DNA from: an uncultured Rikenellaceae bacterium
GTDB taxonomy: Bacteria > Bacteroidota > Bacteroidia > Bacteroidales > VadinHA17
Assembly: GCA_964494045.1 (NCBI GenBank)
Contig: CAZBQM010000001.1
Span: 24,590 to 88,589, forward strand
DNA: 64,000 nt
Reading direction: 5' to 3'
The translations under genes were made by a program, and so were the position numbers. Under the pieces are notes generated by a model that did not search any database, was not told the origin of the DNA, and saw nothing but the letters and a program-made list of their open reading frames with translations. Within the stretch, counting starts at the first letter, position 1; each line of letters begins with the position of its first letter. Positions 56,281 through 64,000 of the stretch are shown here, one piece after another.

Positions 56281-57819
56281 ATGCTCATCAGGACATTTGC
56301 CAGTGCCGTAACGGGCATTGATGCGGTGACTGTTTCCATTGAGGTCAATGTATCAAGGGGAGTCCGGTTCTTTCTTGTCGGATTACCCGATGTGGCTGTC
56401 AAAGAGAGCCAGCAAAGGATTGAATCGGCCCTGAGATCGCTTGGTTTTCACTGGCCCGGCAAGCAGGTTGTCATCAACATGGCGCCTGCCGATATCCGGA
56501 AAGAGGGATCTTCGTATGATCTGCCTCTGGCTCTCGGGATCCTCTGTGCCGATGAGAAGGTCTCGGGCATGGAAATAGGATCCTTTATTATGATGGGTGA
56601 GTTATCGCTCGACGGTACCATTCAGCCAGTGAGGGGTGTGTTGCCTATAGCCCTGAGGGCCAGGGAGGAAGGATTCAAGGGAGTGATTGTTCCGGTTAAG
56701 AATGCCAGGGAGGCAGCAGTGGTTGAAGGCATTGATGTCTACGGCATGGAGACACTCGGCGACGTCGTTGACTTCTTCAACGGTGTAAGGCATTTTGAAC
56801 CGGTAAAGGTCGACCTCAAAGCATTGTTTGACAATGAAGCGAACCGTTATGAAGTTGACTTCTGCGACGTTAGGGGCCAGGAGAATGTGAAAAGGGCTCT
56901 TGAAGTAGCCGCTGCCGGTGGACACAATGTAATTATGATCGGTCCTCCCGGAGCCGGAAAGACGATGCTGGCAAAACGTCTGCCGACAATAGTGCCTCCC
57001 CTTACACTTGAGGAGGCTCTTGAGACCACCAAGATACACTCTGTGGCGGGAAAGATAGAGGATCATACTGCCCTTATGACCCTCAGACCCTTCCGATCGC
57101 CTCATCATACCATTTCTGATGTCGCCCTGGTTGGCGGAGGTACGATCCCGCAACCCGGAGAGATCTCGCTCGGTCATAACGGGGTGCTTTTTCTCGATGA
57201 GCTGCCTGAGTTTAAAAGAACCGTCCTTGAAGTTATGAGGCAGCCTCTCGAGGACAGGGTAATAACAATCTCAAGGGCAAAATCGACTGTTAATTACCCG
57301 GCAAGCTTTATGTTGGTAGCCTCCATGAATCCATGTCCCTGCGGCTTTCACAACCACCCCGAGAAGAACTGCACCTGTTCGCCGGGTATGGTCCAGAAAT
57401 ATCTGAACCGGATCTCGGGCCCGCTTCTCGACCGGATCGACATCCATATAGAAGTGGTGCCTGTAAAATATGAGAAACTCACAGACGGTTCACGGATAGA
57501 GAATTCGGCCGAAGTAAGGGAAAGAGTTATTGAAGCCAGGAAGATCCAGTCAGCGCGGTTTTCTTCATATCCAGGTATTTATTGCAACTCACAGATGACA
57601 ACCCAGCTTCAGAAAAAGTTCTGTCACCTCGATGAGGAAGGAAGCAGTCTTCTTAAATATGCCATGGAAATGAGGGGATTAAGCGCAAGAGCTTATGACA
57701 GGATTTTAAAAGTCTCGAGAACAATAGCCGACCTCGACGTATCGGAGCATATCAACAGCGGGCACATCTCTGAAGCAATCAACTACCGCAATCTCGACCG
57801 GGAAGGGTGGGCCGGCTGA
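56281..57819 (+). CDS. comM: YifB/ComM family Mg-chelatase-like AAA+ ATPase
   Basis: 512 aa. N-terminal Lon-protease-like domain, Walker A GPPGAGKTMLA, VLFLDELPEF, and Cys cluster CPCGFHNHPEKNCTCS. Confidence 0.92.
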   Translation: MLIRTFASAVTGIDAVTVSIEVNVSRGVRFFLVGLPDVAVKESQQRIESALRSLGFHWPGKQVVINMAPADIRKEGSSYDLPLALGILCADEKVSGMEIGSFIMMGELSLDGTIQPVRGVLPIALRAREEGFKGVIVPVKNAREAAVVEGIDVYGMETLGDVVDFFNGVRHFEPVKVDLKALFDNEANRYEVDFCDVRGQENVKRALEVAAAGGHNVIMIGPPGAGKTMLAKRLPTIVPPLTLEEALETTKIHSVAGKIEDHTALMTLRPFRSPHHTISDVALVGGGTIPQPGEISLGHNGVLFLDELPEFKRTVLEVMRQPLEDRVITISRAKSTVNYPASFMLVASMNPCPCGFHNHPEKNCTCSPGMVQKYLNRISGPLLDRIDIHIEVVPVKYEKLTDGSRIENSAEVRERVIEARKIQSARFSSYPGIYCNSQMTTQLQKKFCHLDEEGSSLLKYAMEMRGLSARAYDRILKVSRTIADLDVSEHINSGHISEAINYRNLDREGWAG

Positions 57820-57865
57820 GAGATTTCAGGTTAATAAATCATGATATTTCAGAAGGTTAAGGGGG

Positions 57866-57897
57866 TTTGTTTTGGATCCTTTTATTCCTTACTTTTG
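57866..57897 (+). promoter_or_regulatory. candidate promoter of the SiaB-like gene
   Basis: TTTG at 57866-69 and at 57871-74, with TACTTTTG at 57890-57897 (perfect TAnnTTTG), 29 nt upstream of the ATG. Confidence 0.45.
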
Positions 57898-57925
57898 CCA
57901 TGCTTGAATAACCTAAATTCAGATT

Positions 57926-59032
57926 ATGGAGCTGGTACGTGCAATACGTCAGAAGATGATGGTAGAGCGCCTTATGTTTGCATACAGAGGCGTTGTTACA
58001 AACGAGAACTCACTTCCCCTGCTTATGCTTCTCGAAAAGGAGATGGAAATATCGGAATTTGCATTCCTTGGCAGGAAAAGACTCTTCATGTTCGTACTTG
58101 AAAACCTCCAGAATGTAACCCGGCATGGTGAAAACAACCAGCATGCCGATATGTCGCTGGTCGTCTATTCAAAGACCAGCGACGGTTATACCATAACTAC
58201 AGGCAACGTAATCCCTTCAGTTCATGTTGATGACCTCCGGTACCAGCTTCGTACCCTCAATAGTCTTGATGTTAAGGATATTAAGGCTATGCACCGGCAG
58301 GCCCTGACAGGTTCCGATTTCAGCGAAAAAGGAGGAGCGGGGCTCGGCCTTATGGAGATGGCAATAAAGACAGGCAACAGGCTCGATTTCGACTTTATTC
58401 CTGTTGATGACCTGTTTTCATATTTCATTCTCAGCAAGACAGTCAACTCGCAGGGGATAGGAGAGAACAAGCCCGGAGAGGATAATCCCTTCAGCAGTTC
58501 TTCAACCCTGCAACTTGAGAAACTTATGAAGGACAGGAATATCGATGTGATGTGGTCGGGACATCTGTCAGGTGAAATTGCAAAGGAAGTTCTTGCCTTT
58601 GCCGAAACAAGTCTGAAAGATGATGATGTGGAGACTGACCTGAGAAGAAGGGTCTTCAGCATTCTCATCGAGTTACTCGAGAATGTGGCAAAGTATAATC
58701 CCGGCAAGGAGGCTGAGGCAGAGTTCGGCCTTCCGGTTGTTATGATCTGTTCGGATGAAAACATGTATACCATAACCTCAGGCAATCTGATCGCTGCCGG
58801 CAATGTGAAAAACCTGAGGGACAAGATAGAGGATATAAACAACTCGGACCGCCGCGGTCTTGTTGAGATGATGGCCGACTCGCTTGTACATCAGAATATC
58901 CATGACGATACCACCGGGAATATGGGTCTGCTGGAGATGGCAAGGAAATCGAGGAATAAACTCCAGTATCTCTTTGAGAAGGTCAATGATTCGTATTCGT
59001 ACTATGTCCTTGAGATAATGGTCAGGAGATAG
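57926..59032 (+). CDS. tandem-duplicated SiaB-like / DUF6272-like GHKL-fold protein (putative partner-switching kinase or pseudokinase)
   Basis: 368 aa made of two homologous halves. Half 1: FVLENLQNVTRHG...YTITTGN...EKGGAGLGLMEMAIKTGNRLDFDF...FSYFILSKTV. Half 2: ILIELLENVAKYN...YTITSGN...TTGNMGLLEMARKSRNKLQYLF...YSYYVLEIMV. Confidence 0.65.
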   Translation: MELVRAIRQKMMVERLMFAYRGVVTNENSLPLLMLLEKEMEISEFAFLGRKRLFMFVLENLQNVTRHGENNQHADMSLVVYSKTSDGYTITTGNVIPSVHVDDLRYQLRTLNSLDVKDIKAMHRQALTGSDFSEKGGAGLGLMEMAIKTGNRLDFDFIPVDDLFSYFILSKTVNSQGIGENKPGEDNPFSSSSTLQLEKLMKDRNIDVMWSGHLSGEIAKEVLAFAETSLKDDDVETDLRRRVFSILIELLENVAKYNPGKEAEAEFGLPVVMICSDENMYTITSGNLIAAGNVKNLRDKIEDINNSDRRGLVEMMADSLVHQNIHDDTTGNMGLLEMARKSRNKLQYLFEKVNDSYSYYVLEIMVRR

Positions 59033-59034
59033 CT

Positions 59035-59781
59035 TCAGACAAACTCTTCGAGTTTCAGATCGTTACCGTCCCATACTGCATAGCTGCCTGTATTGATCCA
59101 GTCGCCCAGGAAAACGACTGAAGGGCCTTCCTTCATTATGTATGTTAAGGGCAGATGGCGGTGTCCGAAAACGAAACAATCAATTTTCTTTTCTTCGAGA
59201 ACGGTTCTGGAATACCTTATCAGATCTTCGTTGTTGTCGCCCATGAAGCCGAGGTGGATTCCCTTTCCCAGCCTCGAGTTGAGTGACCATTTCCGCCCGA
59301 ATCCCACTCCAAGGGCAGGGTGCATGGCTGAATAAAGGGCACGCAGGGGTTTGTTGCGGAATATTGAAAGCAGGATATGGTATCCGATGTTGCGTGAGCC
59401 AAGGCCTTCACCGTGGGCCAGGTGAAAGGTGCGACCGCCGAATTTTGTTGTAAGAGGCTCCCTGTGGATTATAAGGCCGCATTCTCCTGAGAGATAATCG
59501 TTGGTCCACATGTCGTGGTTGCCCGTAAAGAAATGAACAGGGATCCCTGAGTCGGTCAGTGATGAGAGTTTCCCGAGGAACCTGGTAAAGCCTCTGGGTA
59601 CGACCAGCCTGTATTCCCACCAGAAATCAAAGATATCGCCAAGTAGGTATATTTCAGAGGCTTCCGGAGCTACCATATCGAGCCATCTGACTACCCTCTT
59701 CTCCCTTTCAAGGGGATTGGTCCCGGCAGTCAGTCCCAGATGGAAATCCGAAGCAAAGAATATTTTACCTTTTGGGCTCAA
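59035..59781 (-). CDS. lpxH: UDP-2,3-diacylglucosamine diphosphatase
   Basis: 248 aa. Calcineurin-like metallophosphoesterase motifs: FASDFHLG, LLGDIFDFWWEY, GNHDMW, GHRH. Confidence 0.8.
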   Translation of the reverse strand: MSPKGKIFFASDFHLGLTAGTNPLEREKRVVRWLDMVAPEASEIYLLGDIFDFWWEYRLVVPRGFTRFLGKLSSLTDSGIPVHFFTGNHDMWTNDYLSGECGLIIHREPLTTKFGGRTFHLAHGEGLGSRNIGYHILLSIFRNKPLRALYSAMHPALGVGFGRKWSLNSRLGKGIHLGFMGDNNEDLIRYSRTVLEEKKIDCFVFGHRHLPLTYIMKEGPSVVFLGDWINTGSYAVWDGNDLKLEEFV

Positions 59782-59790
59782 GGTGTTGAA

Positions 59791-60957
59791 TTATTTGGAA
59801 AACAGTTGGTTAAGTTTTATCATCAGGGATCTCCCGTGAAGGTCTTTACCTATGATCTCCCCGCTTTTGTCGTAAAGATAGTTGGCTGGCAGTTGCTGAA
59901 CATTGTAGAGCCGGGCTGTAACAGGATTAAGGGGATTGTCTTCCCTTGTGCTTATCCAGGGCAGTTCTTCAAAGCGGACAGCGTTACGCCATACGTTCTC
60001 ATCGGCATCAAGGTTTACCTGGTAGATCTCAAACCCATTGTTTTTATACTTCCCGTAGAATTCCAAAAGCTGACGGTTTTCAGCCACTGACTCTGCCGAT
60101 GTGACCGACCAGAAAGTCAGGAGTACATATTTCCCCCTAAGTGATGACAGGGCGATGCGCTTGCCATTAATATCCGTGAGAACGGGATCGAGATTCACCT
60201 CTTTTATGGTATCAGCCAGTTCAATGATCTTTCCAAGGCTGAACTGGTTCATGCCCCTTTCAACATCCTGTTTAAGGGCAATGACATGTTTTGACCGTGG
60301 GTAGTATCGTCCCAGGGAGTCAGCCACGATCTTAAAGTACTGCAGGTCGCGCGCTTCATAAAGGACTCCTGTTTCATCATCGATCTGCTGATACAGGGCT
60401 TTTATGGATGCAAAGGATTTCGGCTTGCTTATTATAAAATCTATGTTGTTTTTCCTCTGCTTCTTAATAAGGTTTTCGTAGCTGTCTTCGAGGGGAGTTT
60501 TTACTTCCCCGAAAGATGGGCCTGAAGAAGCTTTTATGTAGACAAGCTCAATCGAGTCGAGCTGTTTCTTCGTCCTGGCCAGTCTCTCATCGAGCACCTT
60601 AACATCGGCAGAGCCTTCGGAACCCTTTACTGAATAATCCTTCCAGAGCAGGCTGTCGTTGAAAACAAGACTGATTTTCTCCCCGGGAGAGGCAAGGATG
60701 GTGACGAAGTTGGATGAGGAGAAGCCAAGCTGGTAGAAATCGGGGGAGGGAGATTCAATCCTGAATTTGAAATTCCCATTGCTATCAATCTTGGAGGAAT
60801 CGACAAAAACCGGGTAATCCACCTCGATCCTGTTAAGAAAAATGCTTTTTCTTTCTTTTTCTCCGTTAATTTTTCCCCTGACAGTGATTATGTTTTCGTT
60901 CCTGCAGGCGTTGGTGAGCAGGGTGGCAAGTACAAGTAAATAGATTATCTTTCTCAT
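59791..60957 (-). CDS. TlpA-like thioredoxin-fold protein lacking both active-site cysteines
   Basis: 388 aa with a signal peptide/lipobox (LTNAC). The N-terminal domain resembles that of its neighbour. In the C-terminal thioredoxin fold, WCAPC is replaced by TSAES (LLTFWSVTSAESVAENRQL). Confidence 0.8.
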   Translation of the reverse strand: MRKIIYLLVLATLLTNACRNENIITVRGKINGEKERKSIFLNRIEVDYPVFVDSSKIDSNGNFKFRIESPSPDFYQLGFSSSNFVTILASPGEKISLVFNDSLLWKDYSVKGSEGSADVKVLDERLARTKKQLDSIELVYIKASSGPSFGEVKTPLEDSYENLIKKQRKNNIDFIISKPKSFASIKALYQQIDDETGVLYEARDLQYFKIVADSLGRYYPRSKHVIALKQDVERGMNQFSLGKIIELADTIKEVNLDPVLTDINGKRIALSSLRGKYVLLTFWSVTSAESVAENRQLLEFYGKYKNNGFEIYQVNLDADENVWRNAVRFEELPWISTREDNPLNPVTARLYNVQQLPANYLYDKSGEIIGKDLHGRSLMIKLNQLFSK

Positions 60958-60990
60958 TGGATCTGTTTTGCTTCAGCTTTTAAGCCCCGG

Positions 60991-62148
60991 TTATTTAAAT
61001 AATACTTCAAGTTTCTGTATCAGCTCATCTCCCCTCAGGTTTGAAGAGATTATGTTACCTTCCGCGTCGAGAAGGAAGTTGGCCGGAATGGTCTCTATCC
61101 TGTAAAGGGGGACGACAGAAGAGTTCCAGTATTTCAGGTCGCTGACATGAATCCATTTTCCCAGCTTGTCATCTTCAATCCCTTTCATCCATGCTTCCTT
61201 TGTCTTATCAAGAGAAACCTGGAAGATCTCGAATCCTTTGTTATGGAAACGTTCCCATGCTTTCACAAGGTTTGGATTTTCCTCACGGCAGGGAGCACAC
61301 CATGAAGCCCAGAAGTCGAGCAGGACGACTGATCCGCGTGTTGAGGAGAGGGAGATGGTATCGCCCTGGGGAGAAGGGAGTGTTAATTCAGGTGCGACGC
61401 CACCTGTCCCATAGAAATCATCCACGGCATATTTCTGGTTCTCATTATAAACCATGACCTGCTCCTGAAGCTTGATGACATGATCATTTTCAGGATACAG
61501 GGCAGAAAGAGATTCATTTACCTTTCTGAAATATTCAATATCTGTGACCGGATTCAGGACATAAACATCAGGAGCCACCTGCTGGTAGAGAGCCATCAGA
61601 CTGGCGAGGGAAGAAGGATTGTCGTCAATAAACCGTTTGGTATAGGCATTAATATCGGCAAGGTAAGACTGTGAGGCATTGTCGAGAGAGTCGATGAGTT
61701 CAGGCAGGCCGGGCTGATTTACACGCTTGACATAAATCTTGTTGAGCGCCATGATATTATCGATCGTTTTCTTGAGTTTGTTATTATAGGTGATCAGTAA
61801 TTCGGTCCCCGGAGATCCCTGAAAATCAGACGGAGAGTTGAGCGAATCAAAAGGGGCTGTCATACTTATTTTATCTCCGGGTTCCAGGAGCATTGTCATA
61901 AAGTTCCTTTGATTGATTGTGAGCAGGCAGAATGCCGGGTTTTTAATGTTTACCTTAAAATTAAAAGTTCCTTCTTCGGTAATCAGTACGGAATCATAGG
62001 CAACTATGTCATCTGCTTTTAATTCTGACAGATAAAGATACTGACCACTTAAGGGTTTTTCAAGTGTTCCTGTTATTTCAACCGTTTTTTTCTGGCATGC
62101 AGTGAGAGCGATGGCTGCCGATAAAGCGAAGAATAATTTCCTGTTCAT
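60991..62148 (-). CDS. TlpA-family thiol:disulfide oxidoreductase lipoprotein
   Basis: 385 aa. Lipobox LTAC and an intact active site LLDFWASWCAPCREENP. Confidence 0.88.
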   Translation of the reverse strand: MNRKLFFALSAAIALTACQKKTVEITGTLEKPLSGQYLYLSELKADDIVAYDSVLITEEGTFNFKVNIKNPAFCLLTINQRNFMTMLLEPGDKISMTAPFDSLNSPSDFQGSPGTELLITYNNKLKKTIDNIMALNKIYVKRVNQPGLPELIDSLDNASQSYLADINAYTKRFIDDNPSSLASLMALYQQVAPDVYVLNPVTDIEYFRKVNESLSALYPENDHVIKLQEQVMVYNENQKYAVDDFYGTGGVAPELTLPSPQGDTISLSSTRGSVVLLDFWASWCAPCREENPNLVKAWERFHNKGFEIFQVSLDKTKEAWMKGIEDDKLGKWIHVSDLKYWNSSVVPLYRIETIPANFLLDAEGNIISSNLRGDELIQKLEVLFK

Positions 62149-62362
62149 TTGAAAACCTTTTTGGATTAAAAATTGTTAATGATTGCAAATTTACTCTTTT
62201 TTCTTTCGGTCGCTCTGCTTGGATGATATTATGCTTTACCCGATGGAAACTGAGCCGGAATAATGGAATATTCAGGTTTTCTGTCAAAAAATCCTTTGGA
62301 CTGTTTAAGAAAAATGGTTACCTTAAAGAACTTTTTCACCTCAGATTAAACAGAGTCATATT

Positions 62363-64000
62363 ATGAGTTATCTTAAGTTTGAAAAAAGTCAGGTTATAAA
62401 TCTTGAGTACTCATTATCAAGGGAGATCATCAGGACCAACAGGTCGGGTTCATACACTTCCACAACAATTGTGGGCTGCAATACGCGCAAATACCATGGT
62501 CTGCTTGTATGTCCGGTCGATGCTTTCGGAGGGGAGAGGCATGTACTTCTTTCATCACTTGATATAACGGTGGTTAATAACGACCGCTCTTTTAACATAG
62601 GTCTCAGACAATTCAAGGGTGACTATTTCAGTCCCAAAGGTCATAAATACCTTGAGATATTTGATATAGAGACACTCCCCGTACGAATTTACAGGGTTGG
62701 CGGAATTATGATAAAGCTTGAAAGACTGCTTGTTCATCACGAGGAACAGTTTCTTTCGAGGATGACCATTCTGGAAGCTTCTGAACCGATGAAACTTCAG
62801 TTCCGGCCTTTTCTTGCCTTCAGGAACATTCATCAGCTTACCCATGCCAACATGGCTGCCAATACCAAGGTTGAATTTATTGAGAACGGGATAAGTTCGA
62901 GGATGTACGAGGGTTTCCCCTCACTTAACATGCAATTCTCATGCGATGCCGAGTTTATCCATGTGCCCGACTGGCATATGGGAGTGGAATACATAGAGGA
63001 GCAGAAGAGGGGATATGACTACCTGGAAGACCTTTTCACACCGGGTTTTTTCGAGGTTAATGCCAGGGAAGGAGATGTAATTGTTTTTTCTGCTTCCACC
63101 AGGCCTGAGAAGCCTTCGGGATTTAAGAGCAAGTTCACCCGGACCGTCAACGGGAAGATACCAAGGGATTCGTATCTCAACTGCCTGAGGAATGCCGCAC
63201 AGCAGTTTATCGAAAGAAGGCACGGAATGACTCTGATCATTGCAGGGTATCCGTGGTTTGGCTCATGGGGACGCGACACTTTTATTTCTCTTCCCGGAAT
63301 TGCCCTGGCCCGGCACGGCTTATCCCTTTACCGTGAGGTTCTCGATACCCAGGTCTCGAGGATGAATAATGGTCTGTTTCCCAATATGGGAGAAGAAGGA
63401 AACTATGCATATAACTCAATTGATGCACCTCTGTGGTTTTTCTGGAGTCTCCAGCAGTATCATATGAACGGGGGCAGGGATGTCTGGGAACGTTACGGAA
63501 GTGCTGCCAGATCAATTCTTGAAGCCTTCAGGTCAGGTACAATGTATAATATTCATGTAAGGGAAAACGGACTGGTTTATGCTGCTGCCCCCGGGAAGGC
63601 ACTTACATGGATGGATGCTGTGGTAAATGGTGTCCCGGTAACCCCACGCAGCGGGTATGCCAGTGAAATCAATGCACTGTGGTATAATGCCATCTGTTTT
63701 GCGCTTGAAATGTCGGATCCTAAAAAGGGCAGGAAGTTCATCAGGGAGTGGGAAAAGATGCCGGCTCTCATCAGCAAATCGTTTCACGAGCTCTTCTGTG
63801 ATCATGAAAAAGGCTATATGGCCGATTATGTGAATGATGAGGAAGGAAAGAATTATTTTGTAAGACCAAACATGCTTATTTCAGCATCTCTGCCATATTC
63901 AATGCTCAGCAAGGAGGAGATGAAGAGGATACTTGATATCTCGGACAGGGAACTGGTGACCCCAAGGGGGCTAAGGACCCTTTCTCCTGGCAACGAATAC
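62363..64000 (+). CDS. glycogen debranching enzyme / amylo-alpha-1,6-glucosidase family protein, 3' end outside window
   Basis: Not in the supplied ORF track because no stop is reached. From ATG 62363 the frame is open for 546 codons to the window edge (MSYLKFEKSQVINLEYSLSREIIRTNRSGSYTSTTIVGCNTRKYHGLL...IIAGYPWFGSWGRDTFISLPG...TWMDA...RPNMLI...). All listed minus-strand ORFs in 62389-63805 are antisense shadows of this gene. Confidence 0.85.
   Translation, partial: MSYLKFEKSQVINLEYSLSREIIRTNRSGSYTSTTIVGCNTRKYHGLLVCPVDAFGGERHVLLSSLDITVVNNDRSFNIGLRQFKGDYFSPKGHKYLEIFDIETLPVRIYRVGGIMIKLERLLVHHEEQFLSRMTILEASEPMKLQFRPFLAFRNIHQLTHANMAANTKVEFIENGISSRMYEGFPSLNMQFSCDAEFIHVPDWHMGVEYIEEQKRGYDYLEDLFTPGFFEVNAREGDVIVFSASTRPEKPSGFKSKFTRTVNGKIPRDSYLNCLRNAAQQFIERRHGMTLIIAGYPWFGSWGRDTFISLPGIALARHGLSLYREVLDTQVSRMNNGLFPNMGEEGNYAYNSIDAPLWFFWSLQQYHMNGGRDVWERYGSAARSILEAFRSGTMYNIHVRENGLVYAAAPGKALTWMDAVVNGVPVTPRSGYASEINALWYNAICFALEMSDPKKGRKFIREWEKMPALISKSFHELFCDHEKGYMADYVNDEEGKNYFVRPNMLISASLPYSMLSKEEMKRILDISDRELVTPRGLRTLSPGNEY

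Noticed and set aside
58222-58842. 206-aa antisense ORF inside the SiaB-like gene
   Set aside because: It is a Ser/Leu/Arg-rich shadow of the sense frame. The sense frame shows an internally consistent two-fold domain repeat.
1-64000. Scan for CRISPR arrays, tRNA/rRNA genes, IS elements, integrases, prophage or known defence-system genes
   Set aside because: I saw no regularly spaced direct repeats, no cloverleaf-capable GC-rich 70-90 nt segments in the spacers, and no transposase, integrase or phage-like ORFs. The window reads as core chromosome. This was done by eye, so tRNAscan, cmscan and a defence-system finder should confirm it.

Overview
This 64-kb window reads as a Bacteroidota (Bacteroidales-like) core-chromosome region. 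The evidence for that lineage is Bacteroides-type -33 TTTG / -7 TAnnTTTG promoter boxes, a long-tailed ribosomal protein S16, a Bacteroid-trp-type leader, and the absence of strong Shine-Dalgarno sites. About 57 protein genes are densely packed on both strands. In order they are: methylmalonyl-CoA mutase mutA (5' end off-window)/mutB; a small thioredoxin-like/membrane-protein trio; recX-prmC; ribD; a LOG-family gene; trxA; dnaE; rpsP-rimM; tsaC; adjacent ddh and dapL; a 254-aa unknown; hppA; a PLP dehydratase; mutL with two tandem rhomboid genes, flanked by two EEP-family phosphoesterases; a TetR-TolC-HlyD-2xABC-2xABC2 permease efflux operon; ypfJ; a TolC-MacA-MacB-like operon followed by a LytS/LytTR two-component pair; a complete trpEGDCFBA operon with promoter, Trp-rich leader peptide and attenuator terminator; amtB-glnK; hcp; a glycosyltransferase; a K+/H+ antiporter; comM/yifB; a tandem-duplicated SiaB-like GHKL protein; lpxH; and two TlpA-like thioredoxin-fold lipoproteins, one of which has lost both catalytic cysteines. 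A glycogen-debranching-enzyme gene runs off the 3' edge and is missing from the supplied ORF track. I found no rRNA, tRNA, CRISPR array, transposase, integrase, phage or recognisable defence genes. I cannot support a claim of a wholly new multi-gene system here. The best leads are non-coding or orphan features: phased TACCCCC/GGGGGTA boxes around the amtB promoter, a GC-rich structured island downstream of hppA, the orphan fused double SiaB-like protein, and a 254-aa protein with no recognisable family. All functional calls rest on motif recognition by eye and need database confirmation.
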